A stretch of DNA of 11,506 nt. It comes from Bdellovibrionota bacterium FG-2. GTDB lineage: Bacteria; Bdellovibrionota; UBA1018. Shown piece after piece: positions 1 through 6,786 of the stretch. The translations under genes and the position numbers were made by a program. Under the pieces are notes generated by a model. It was not told the DNA's origin and did not search any database. It was given only the letters and a program-made list of their open reading frames with translations. The stretch lies in NCBI GenBank assembly GCA_051382305.1, contig JBBCAV010000111.1:1-11506 (forward strand), in the 5' to 3' direction. Each line of letters starts with the position of its first letter. Within the stretch, counting starts at the first letter, position 1.

Positions 1-80
1 GGAAAGGTTGTTGCAAATGAACTCACCGCGGCGATTGCTCAAGCAGATGCCGCGGTGAGTTCATTTGCAACAACCTTTCC
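1..80. repeat. Perfect 32-bp inverted repeat (fold-back) with a 16-nt spacer at the window edge
   Basis: 1-32 GGAAAGGTTGTTGCAAATGAACTCACCGCGGC is the exact reverse complement of 49-80. The spacer 33-48 is GATTGCTCAAGCAGAT. The repeat duplicates the 3' end of the TlpA-like gene. Confidence 0.97.
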
Positions 81-530
81 ACGCCATTGGTGGAGAAGTT
101 GTCGGTTTTTTCCAAGCAGAACTGTTAAAGGTATTGTTGCTTCCGGCGAAAAAGTGGCCAGGGAAGCAAGGAATGCGCGATCGGGCAACCACTGCTCATA
201 TTTAGGCTTGAAGTGGTCGACGAAAGCCTGAATTTCGCGCGTGCGACTTTGAATAGGAATTCCCAGTACGGCAATTTTATTTTGAGAAGCTTTTGGGGAT
301 TGGAGTAGAGCATTAAGCTCTGTTACCTCCTCTGAACAGGACTCACAAAAAGGACTCCAGATTTGGAGGACGACATAATCAGAAGAAAGTTCTGACAACT
401 TCTGATGAAAAGGCGAAGACCATTTACTGATTTCTAAAAAGTCTCGGTTTTCCGGAGAAGCGAATGCAGGCCATGAGGCCCCATTGGCAGCGAAGATCAT
501 TGATATGATGCAAAGCTGATGCAGCCGCAT
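39..530 (-). CDS. TlpA/ResA-like thioredoxin-fold disulfide reductase (redoxin), exported
   Basis: WSPFCESC matches the WxxxCxxC active site, and IPLTVLLGKN..LLHQWRG matches the cis-Pro region. There is an N-terminal signal peptide (..WPAFA). The ATG at 530 overlaps the upstream TGA (TGATG). The C-terminus lies inside the fold-back and is uncertain. Confidence 0.85.
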   Translation of the reverse strand: MRLHQLCIISMIFAANGASWPAFASPENRDFLEISKWSSPFHQKLSELSSDYVVLQIWSPFCESCSEEVTELNALLQSPKASQNKIAVLGIPIQSRTREIQAFVDHFKPKYEQWLPDRAFLASLATFSPEATIPLTVLLGKNRQLLHQWRGKVVANELTAASA

Positions 531-1492
531 CAATACCCTCCATAAGTCAGCCCAAGCGCGACGGATTGAGCGTTAGGTTGATTTGCAAGATAGCGATAAA
601 AGGGAAAAACAGTTTCGTAATTCATGGAAAGTGCCCATGCAGCAGTCGGAAAATAATTCAAGCTTGCAAGACTCGAAAAAAGCCTCTGGGCGGAACCATC
701 TACTGCATTCTTATTAATTGAATCTTGAAGAACCCAAAGCTGACGCATTCCAAGCGTTCCACTCCAACGTTGATTTACAAGGTAGGATGCGCTCTCATTT
801 AGCTGAAACCGATTTCCAGCGCGGTACTGGTATGGGCTACTGATCGGGGCACCTCGCATACTGTCTACCGTTCGCGCGATGGGATAAAAGTATGCGCCAT
901 CTATGGACGCCCGCAAGGGACGATAAAGTTTTGCTGCCGTGAATCCCGCATGAATGTGTGTGGTGCCGTCACTTACTGAATCTAAGCCGTAAGGATCGGG
1001 CGAATCATAAACTGTTTTACCAAACGGTAATCGAACTCCGCTATAGAATGTTAGCTGAGGGCGAAAGGGTAAAAATGCCAGATCCTCCCAAAATGTGTAG
1101 CGTGCCTCGACTGTGGGATCGCCCATCCCAGTTGTGTTTAGTGCCTTTCCCGAAAAGGTGCGATGATTTGAAATAACCGGAACACTTACCCCGGCTTGCC
1201 AGTCCTCTCCTAGTCGGTAAGCGCCGCCCACAACGGTGTTAATTTGGTAATACGAGCTTGAATCTTTGTTGGCTGTGTAATTCCCATAAGGATCAAACTC
1301 TCCCGTAATGGCTCGAAAGCTTGTCGTCACCCCTATTTCATATCTCTGCTCGGAGGGGAGCACGCACAGAGATTGGCCCCCGCTTCCCGCGCAGCAACTT
1401 GCTGCGAGCGCAATTAAAGGCCGGGTCGTGAACACGGCGAAGACCGCAAAAACCAGACCTAATTCAAATCTTAGTTTCAAAGACATACTCAT
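530..1492 (-). CDS. Putative outer-membrane beta-barrel 'transporter' (MetA/SphA-like) with N-terminal CC-x9-C motif
   Basis: The signal peptide ends LALA and is followed by ASCCAGSGGQSLC. It contains GMGDPTVEARY and GVRLPFG motifs, alternating hydrophobic beta strands and an aromatic C-terminal strand (VALGLTYGGY). An alternative start is at 1486. Confidence 0.65.
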   Translation of the reverse strand: MSMSLKLRFELGLVFAVFAVFTTRPLIALAASCCAGSGGQSLCVLPSEQRYEIGVTTSFRAITGEFDPYGNYTANKDSSSYYQINTVVGGAYRLGEDWQAGVSVPVISNHRTFSGKALNTTGMGDPTVEARYTFWEDLAFLPFRPQLTFYSGVRLPFGKTVYDSPDPYGLDSVSDGTTHIHAGFTAAKLYRPLRASIDGAYFYPIARTVDSMRGAPISSPYQYRAGNRFQLNESASYLVNQRWSGTLGMRQLWVLQDSINKNAVDGSAQRLFSSLASLNYFPTAAWALSMNYETVFPFYRYLANQPNAQSVALGLTYGGY

Positions 1493-1940
1493 CCTGACTG
1501 CTTCCGTCTTGAAGCTTAACTGTCATATGCCATAGGCCCGACATCCCAAAAAACAGCGATACCAAATAAGTTCCATCGCTTTGGCGAATTGCCGCGGCTG
1601 TATCGGTGCCCATATCGGGCATTTCCGGCATTTCATAGGTGACGTCAATTTTCATTTGCTCCGATACGCCACTAAGATTGTCGGCATGAACGCAGCGGAT
1701 GAGATAAACGTTATCGCCGACTTCAGCTGAGGTCGTTGCCGATCCGTTTGAACTTTGAAGCGAAGTATAGACGAGAAACGTATTGTTTTTGGAGCTAATT
1801 TTTGACTGAGATGTGGAATCCTGTATGCCGATTACGGGGTTACTTGAATCAGTTTTCTTTTCCTGATTCATGGGGCCACAGCCCATCCCGATTCCGATCA
1901 ATGTTACAATTGCAAAAATTGCTCGATTCATATTGCGCAT
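1464..1940 (-). CDS. YtkA/FixH-like Met-rich lipoprotein (putative copper chaperone-like)
   Basis: The likely start is ATG 1940, after the SD-like GGAAAGGA; the ORF-track extension to 2084 overlaps the NosL-like gene. It has a lipobox (IGMG-C) and YEMPEMPDMG...GTYLVSLFFGMSGLWHMTVKL, typical of the YtkA-like domain. Confidence 0.75.
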   Translation of the reverse strand: MRNMNRAIFAIVTLIGIGMGCGPMNQEKKTDSSNPVIGIQDSTSQSKISSKNNTFLVYTSLQSSNGSATTSAEVGDNVYLIRCVHADNLSGVSEQMKIDVTYEMPEMPDMGTDTAAAIRQSDGTYLVSLFFGMSGLWHMTVKLQDGSSQDEYVFETKI

Positions 1941-1965
1941 CCCGATATCCTTTCCATTAGAACTC

Positions 1966-2430
1966 TTACTTAAGAGCATTTTCGAAACCCTCGACAACGA
2001 CACCGTCGCCATATTTTGTCCTTGCGGCTTCGGCTTCTTTTTTGGTTTGAAACCCGGCGATAAGCGGAGGCATCGCCATTTCACCCATATCTGATTTAAT
2101 GTTCTGACTTTGAATCAGAAAAAAGGCTTTGTTCCCAGAAAGGAAACTGTCAGGATGATTGAAATCGGCGACTTCGGACTTTGAAAGTTTTGGATCATTC
2201 TTACGGATTTTGCGCGCACATGATGCGGAACAAATGTGGTAGCCTTTTGCACTTGAATCACTCCCATGGAGAACGATATGATTCTTGGCATGTTCAGGAA
2301 TGATCATCCCACAAACATCACAGTGATTATCTGACGCCCAAACAGCGATGGAAAGTGACATTAGGGTCAGAGCCAAGAGTGGTCTCAAGTTCTTAATGCC
2401 CTCCAACCACGCCTTGTTCAATTTACTCAT
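1966..2430 (-). CDS. NosL-family copper-binding protein
   Basis: CDVCGMII (CxxCGM), ICSASC, a 'VADF...AFFLIQS..MGEMAMPPLIAGFQTKKEAEAARTKYG.G.VV' NosL-like C-terminal half, a signal peptide (AVWA) and the SD AGGGGG. Confidence 0.8.
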   Translation of the reverse strand: MSKLNKAWLEGIKNLRPLLALTLMSLSIAVWASDNHCDVCGMIIPEHAKNHIVLHGSDSSAKGYHICSASCARKIRKNDPKLSKSEVADFNHPDSFLSGNKAFFLIQSQNIKSDMGEMAMPPLIAGFQTKKEAEAARTKYGDGVVVEGFENALK

Positions 2431-2785
2431 AAATCCCCCTCATGCGAGCAGTCATAGACGGTTTCACATAGTCTGTAAAGTTACGCATCTTAGTGAACGC
2501 GTGTTTTCGTGTAGAGAATTGAAATGAAATAAAAAAACACTTCGGATGTCACATTCTTTGGGGTTCGTGCGTATATACTTTCCGGGCTGAAGAGGTGATC
2601 CCGTTCAATAACTGATGAATAAAAAAGAGTACCCATCCTTGGCGATGCTCTCAACGCAGTCATATTTGATCTGAAGGTGTGTTTGAGTGATTTGATGCGT
2701 CGCGCTATGTCCTAGGGGATTGGAGAGCTGACATGAAGGCACGGAGGGGGATCGGGGCACCTGTTATTCCGCCGGAGAGGATGAG

Positions 2786-3436
2786 TTACAACAACGAGCC
2801 CTTTGACCCAAAATAAAAATGAAGGTTGCCACCGATGCCCCAAAGGATGACTCGTGGGAGCGGGTCTGTCCCGTTGACTCTAGAGAAATACTCGTAGGTT
2901 CCTTCCAATCCAAAATCGATGTTGCGTTCAATTTCGCAATGATATTCTGCAGCTATTTGTGTTGCAAAATTAACGCTTACGGTACCTTTTTTGGAGGACA
3001 TCATCCATCCTGTAGACTGAACGGCGATTCCCGGTGCGAGGCTCACTGAGAGGTTTCGCGTGGCGAAATCCGGTGGAAAAAGAAAGAGCCGAACGCGCGG
3101 AAAATAATGGACCATGCGAAGCGGTGTTCCGACGACTCCAGCGATTGAAAACTGATCACCAGATATCGGGACTGCCATCTGGTAACCGATACCAATACGA
3201 TTATTCTCCCCCAAGAGAAGCTCGCCGCCAACGTTTAATCGAAAGGGAATCGAGTTCTCGTTTGCAACGAGAACCCCGCTTCCAGCTCCGGCCCAGACGC
3301 CAAAACGGGGTTGGGGATCCGCCCCTTGGGCGCTTGCCCCACTCAAAAACAAAAATGCACCGGGAGTCAGTAGCATCAAGAGAAACGGGATATAGGCATT
3401 CAATGTTATCTTTTGCATCTTCATCATCTTCATCAT
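2786..3436 (-). CDS. Hypothetical exported protein, probable small outer-membrane beta-barrel
   Basis: It has a signal peptide (..ASAQG), Gly/aromatic alternating strands (RFGVWAGAG, DFGLEGTYEY, WGIGGNLHFYF) and the SD-like GAAAAGGT. Confidence 0.6.
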   Translation of the reverse strand: MMKMMKMQKITLNAYIPFLLMLLTPGAFLFLSGASAQGADPQPRFGVWAGAGSGVLVANENSIPFRLNVGGELLLGENNRIGIGYQMAVPISGDQFSIAGVVGTPLRMVHYFPRVRLFLFPPDFATRNLSVSLAPGIAVQSTGWMMSSKKGTVSVNFATQIAAEYHCEIERNIDFGLEGTYEYFSRVNGTDPLPRVILWGIGGNLHFYFGSKGSLL

Positions 3437-3515
3437 CTACCTTTTCAGCCGTACCTATGTAAATGAGGTCTCCGTGGTGTACATCGCGACTTCAAAAGAT
3501 GGACCTTGGGGCACT

Positions 3516-3803
3516 TCACACCAAAGTCATTCGGTGCAAATAAGATTGAGCAACTTCGTCCTCAGGCAGACGCAAGACTCTCGCAATTTGAGCAATCCGA
3601 GCCCTTGTGTAAGCAGGCGCGGGTAGGCTATCAAAACTATCAGCTTCAATAAGCTCGATAAGACTCGGCCGAATATTGGTCAAGGCAGACAGGTCTGTGA
3701 CGGATATGGCCAATGCTTCTCTCGCGTATCGTAGCGAAGCTCCCGACCATTGAGGTGGACTGAGTGAGCCGGAATCGCTGCTTGTCCCAATCTGTTCCTG
3801 CAT
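3516..3803 (-). CDS. XRE/RodZ-N-like (HTH_25) helix-turn-helix protein
   Basis: GASLRYAREALAISVTDLSALTNIRPSLIELIEADSFDSLPAPAYTRARIAQIARVLRL matches the RodZ N-terminal HTH pattern. There is no transmembrane or periplasmic part. Confidence 0.85.
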   Translation of the reverse strand: MQEQIGTSSDSGSLSPPQWSGASLRYAREALAISVTDLSALTNIRPSLIELIEADSFDSLPAPAYTRARIAQIARVLRLPEDEVAQSYLHRMTLV

Positions 3804-3810
3804 GATCCCA

Positions 3811-4161
3811 CTAATTCATCAATTGCTGATGGGGTGGCTGATGAGGATTATCGCCATCAAATTTGGCAAACTCAGCCGCCATCTTTGCCTGGATGTACCC
3901 CGAGTAAGTTCCGTCACCGTGGCGGATGATTTCCTTTAGCAGATCAACTGAAGGCTGAGTACGACCGTTACGCTCTTTTTCATACATGAGCTGGGTCAAA
4001 GCGGTCGCAGTAATGTCGTTCTTCGATTTGTTATCGATGACTCGCACATCTCGCCCCGACTTGAGCGTCTTATCCAGTTGATCGAGCGTGACGTATTTTG
4101 AGTCTTCTGGATCGTAGAGCTTGCGGTTCTGATAACGTTTAATAATTTTCGCTTCGATCAT
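3811..4161 (-). CDS. PhaR-like (PHB accumulation regulator) DNA-binding domain protein
   Basis: IIKRYQNRKLYDPEDSKYVTLDQL...GRDVRVIDNKSKNDITATALTQL is the PHB_acc_N signature. The SD is GAGG. Confidence 0.88.
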   Translation of the reverse strand: MIEAKIIKRYQNRKLYDPEDSKYVTLDQLDKTLKSGRDVRVIDNKSKNDITATALTQLMYEKERNGRTQPSVDLLKEIIRHGDGTYSGYIQAKMAAEFAKFDGDNPHQPPHQQLMN

Positions 4162-4305
4162 AAGTACCTCTTTCCCGTGCGATGCTTTATATCCTTCAAC
4201 GGCTTCCCTGCTGCAAGGTTTTTCGATTAATGCCTAAAAACGAATAATATCACACCGCATAATCAGTCTTTTTAGTCGAAAAATGTCGAGGCGACTTGGT
4301 TTTTC

Positions 4306-4334
4306 TTGCGTATGGCTATTGTTTTCCGTACTTT
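4306..4334 (+). promoter_or_regulatory. Candidate sigma70 promoter for the HU-family gene
   Basis: TTGCGT (4306-4311), a 17-bp spacer and TACTTT (4329-4334), about 30 bp upstream of the ATG at 4366. Confidence 0.4.
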
Positions 4335-4365
4335 TTTTAAATCCCAACAAGGAGAGGGACAATCT

Positions 4366-4713
4366 ATGGCTAAAACTAAATTCCATTTCATTAACCAACT
4401 TCACGAGCAGATTCTGAAGACCGTCACGACCACTAAGCAGGGTCAAATCAGACTCAAACGCGCTGACCTCAAGAAGGTTCTCGAAAATACGCTCATGGCG
4501 GGCGCCAAAGCTGCGGCCGGGGGTGAGCGTGTTCGCTTGCCAATCGTCGGTGCTTTACTGCGCAAAGAAGTAAAAGCTCGTAAGGCAGGCAAAGGTATCA
4601 ATCCCTTCACCAAAGAGGAGATCACGATTAAAGCGCGTCCTGCTTCAAAGAAGCCAAGGTGGAGTTTCCCCAAAAGTCTGAAGGAAACTTTCGCAAATAA
4701 AAAACACTGGTAA
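4366..4713 (+). CDS. HU/IHF-family histone-like DNA-binding protein
   Basis: GERVRLPIVG...KARKAGKGINPFTKEEITIKARPASKKPRWSFPKSLKE is the HU arm motif (GxNPxTxE). The SD AAGGAG precedes ATG 4366. The protein is 115 aa. Confidence 0.92.
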   Translation: MAKTKFHFINQLHEQILKTVTTTKQGQIRLKRADLKKVLENTLMAGAKAAAGGERVRLPIVGALLRKEVKARKAGKGINPFTKEEITIKARPASKKPRWSFPKSLKETFANKKHW

Positions 4714-4745
4714 GTTCTTGTCACTTTCTTGTCACAATGACGAGA

Positions 4746-4786
4746 TCCCCGCCCGTCTCACCTTCAGCGGGCGGGGAATATTTTTT
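4746..4786 (+). terminator. Rho-independent terminator after the HU-family gene
   Basis: A 10-bp GC-rich stem TCCCCGCCCG (4746-4755) / CGGGCGGGGA (4768-4777) is followed by ATATTTTTT. Confidence 0.8.
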
Positions 4787-5107
4787 GGCATAGAGGCTTG
4801 AGTTCCATAAATTCGATGTGAGAATGACGAAAATATCAAAGCATGTCCTCATTTACAGCGACACCTGAGATCCATCTCAACCTTTAAACGGTTTCATCTA
4901 CGCCAGGGCGGCTGAAGAGCTTTTCTTTCAATAAAGCTGAATACCCTTGATTGATGGAAACGGCGTTTCCCTTTTTGCGCGTTCTTTCAATCCAAGCATA
5001 AGCTGCCACGGCCATCAGGGCGTGTCTTTCCGACGATTGTTAATTTCGACCCGCCCTCCGCGAATGAGTCTTTTGCTCCGATGGAGCCCCCGCAACCAGC
5101 CCGTTTT

Positions 5108-5170
5108 ATGCCCCCCCTTTTTAAGGGGGCATCCGCTGACCCCTTTTCAAAAAGTTTGAAAAACCGGGGT
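5108..5170. repeat. Two adjacent inverted repeats in the non-coding leader of the conjugation-like operon
   Basis: ATGCCCCC (5108-5115) pairs with GGGGGCAT (5125-5132). ACCCC-TTTTCAAA (5139-5151) pairs with TTTGAAAA-acc-GGGGT (5155-5170). Confidence 0.7.
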
Positions 5171-5408
5171 TTCTACAAAAAACCGTCTACTCCCTCCAAA
5201 TGACTACGAATTTCGCCCTCACTTTTCAGGAAACTTGAAAGGTTTCCGCTTTTCTCCGGGCCGAAAAAAACACCATAAAATAGTTTTTCCCATTCGGCCC
5301 GCGCACTTGTCTCACGTTGGCACGATCCCGCAGTTTTCTTGCAATTTAAGAAGTGAGGGGACCGAAACAATTCGGTTCTTAAACAAACAATCGCAGGAGG
5401 ATTTGGCG

Positions 5409-5588
5409 ATGGATTCTTATTCTGATGTTCCACAATTTTGTAAGTGCCCACGGTGCAACACTCGCAGCTACGAAAGGTTCAGCACTCATAGTTACTGCAT
5501 CGAGTGCAATTACAGCCCCGTCATTGAGGACAGCAGTTCGGAAGCTCAAATTCCGGACTGGGCGCTCAAGGCTGCAGGTTTCGTATGA
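5409..5588 (+). CDS. Small zinc-ribbon protein (59 aa)
   Basis: A perfect SD AGGAGG precedes ATG 5409. CPRC-x13-CIEC gives two CxxC knuckles. Confidence 0.75.
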   Translation: MDSYSDVPQFCKCPRCNTRSYERFSTHSYCIECNYSPVIEDSSSEAQIPDWALKAAGFV

Positions 5589-5953
5589 ATGACAGGACAA
5601 GCAAAGTTTGGAGCGAATTTTCAACACAACCACTTAATCAGGAGAATGCAATGTCAAACTATAACGAAGTAAAATGGCCCGGAAAATGGAATGCAATTGA
5701 GGATAACACTAACCCCTATCAGATTATAGGACTCACTCACCCAGCACTTTGGCAATGCCTTTGGTCCCGCTTGAGAATTTTTCTCGCTCAACTAAGAGCG
5801 CTTAGCCTCATTCTAACAATGACGGTGAAGAAGACTCTCTCACGACTGAACCGCCGATGGGAGCTGGCAGCGCAAATGGACCAAAGAGTCTGCGATGCCC
5901 GAGCTCAGCATTTTCAAAGCCACTGGATGCTGGATCGAACCAATCGAATCTAA
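5585..5953 (+). CDS. Hypothetical protein
   Basis: It overlaps the zinc-ribbon gene by ATGA. An alternative start at 5651 has the strong SD CAGGAG (MSNYNEV.., 100 aa). Confidence 0.6.
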   Translation: MNDRTSKVWSEFSTQPLNQENAMSNYNEVKWPGKWNAIEDNTNPYQIIGLTHPALWQCLWSRLRIFLAQLRALSLILTMTVKKTLSRLNRRWELAAQMDQRVCDARAQHFQSHWMLDRTNRI

Positions 5954-5988
5954 CCAAGTAACAAACTACTAATAGAGAGGAACAGATC

Positions 5989-6141
5989 ATGAAAACCTAT
6001 TTAGCCCTGATAATTTTAGGAACCTGCCTCATGCACCTGGGATGCACCACCACCAATCCTAGCACGGGATCGAAACAAAAGCGTTTTCAGGACGCCGATT
6101 ATCCAATGCTCAATCACGTCGGCCGCCCCGGGCGTTTTTAG
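5989..6141 (+). CDS. Small lipoprotein (50 aa)
   Basis: SD GAGAGG. MKTYLALIILGTCLMHLG-C is a signal peptide with a lipobox, followed by a polar/basic tail. It is below the ORF-track size cutoff. Confidence 0.65.
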   Translation: MKTYLALIILGTCLMHLGCTTTNPSTGSKQKRFQDADYPMLNHVGRPGRF

Positions 6142-6161
6142 GCCATTCTAAGGAGACAATT

Positions 6162-6332
6162 ATGCAGGAAACTACTTTAGAAATGTCCCCCAGTGAAGCC
6201 TTAAACCAATTGAAACTGGAATTCTTCGAATGGTGTGGGCTGCTCTCGATCGATGAAATTGTTTCAAATGCAAATCTGATTCGAGTCATCGAACGGTTGG
6301 AGCGAATGCTTCTCGCAGCGGGCGGCGAATAG
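6162..6332 (+). CDS. Small hypothetical protein (56 aa)
   Basis: SD AAGGAG. The sequence MQETTLEMSPSEALNQLKLEFFEWCGLLSIDEIVSNANLIRVIERLERMLLAAGGE has an amphipathic helical pattern. Confidence 0.6.
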   Translation: MQETTLEMSPSEALNQLKLEFFEWCGLLSIDEIVSNANLIRVIERLERMLLAAGGE

Positions 6333-6365
6333 AAACCAATAAAACAAAAAGGGAGAATATAACGA

Positions 6366-6596
6366 ATGAACAACGACGAAAAAAGATCAGGCGGAATCGA
6401 AACCATCCAAGACTCAACGCTCTTTGAGGAAGTGGCCTCAAGATTGCGAAAAGTCTATCACAGGCAGCACGGCATGGAGTTTCTCTACGGCTGCTTTGAG
6501 TTCGTCTTTCACGAGGGAAGATTTCAAGGCATTGAGGATCGCCCCCGTTACAAACGCTACAAAAGCCCAGCCCGACTGACCACTGTTCCCACCTAA
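6366..6596 (+). CDS. Small hypothetical protein (76 aa), weak resemblance to YezD/DUF2292
   Basis: SD GGGAG. FLYGCFEFVFHEGRFQGIE resembles the 'yGsv.i.vhdG.v.qIe' pattern by eye only. Confidence 0.55.
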   Translation: MNNDEKRSGGIETIQDSTLFEEVASRLRKVYHRQHGMEFLYGCFEFVFHEGRFQGIEDRPRYKRYKSPARLTTVPT

Positions 6597-6615
6597 TACG
6601 AGAGGACAAAATATT

Positions 6616-6786
6616 ATGATCCTACCAATCGAAACCGGAATTGAACAACTCACTCGTGCGCTCTCAGAGAACGAGAAGAAAACCAATATGAGACTGATGA
6701 AACAAATGGCGAAAATGAAGCAAATGCTTTGCCTTTTTCGCGAAACGCTTGCGCCAAAACGCGTGAAGCAAGAAGGAGGTTACTAA
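6616..6786 (+). CDS. Small hypothetical helical protein (56 aa)
   Basis: SD GAGGA. The sequence runs MILPIETGIEQLTRALSENEKK...KQEGGY. Its stop overlaps the next start (TAATG at 6784-6788). Confidence 0.55.
   Translation: MILPIETGIEQLTRALSENEKKTNMRLMKQMAKMKQMLCLFRETLAPKRVKQEGGY

Noticed and set aside
39-530. The thioredoxin as an F-type TrbB/TraF partner for the Cys-rich TraU domain
   Set aside because: It is translationally coupled to the metal-related operon on the opposite strand, more than 6 kb away, and looks TlpA-like.
1941-2084. N-terminal extension of the 1464..2084 ORF
   Set aside because: It overlaps the NosL-like gene in another frame. The SD and lipoprotein signal point to ATG 1940.
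2431-2785. Possible small ORF, riboswitch or metal-regulator operator upstream of the NosL-like gene
   Set aside because: There is no ORF with a credible start, and no strong palindrome or recognisable RNA motif.
4885-5040. Short minus-strand frames (MAVAAYAWIERTRKKG..; MLGLKERAKRE..) as a possible transposase or antitoxin remnant
   Set aside because: They are too short, have no clear SD, and show no recognisable catalytic motif or terminal inverted repeats.
5318-5332. Sigma54-like promoter TGGCACGATCCCGCA
   Set aside because: The GG-to-GC spacing is 9 nt rather than the required 10, and the TT before GC is missing.
4947-5451. ORF-track ORFs 4947..5159 (+), 5173..5451 (-) and the 5235 extension of the zinc-ribbon ORF
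   Set aside because: They have non-ATG or SD-less starts, cross hairpin and homopolymer-rich DNA, and lack protein-like composition.
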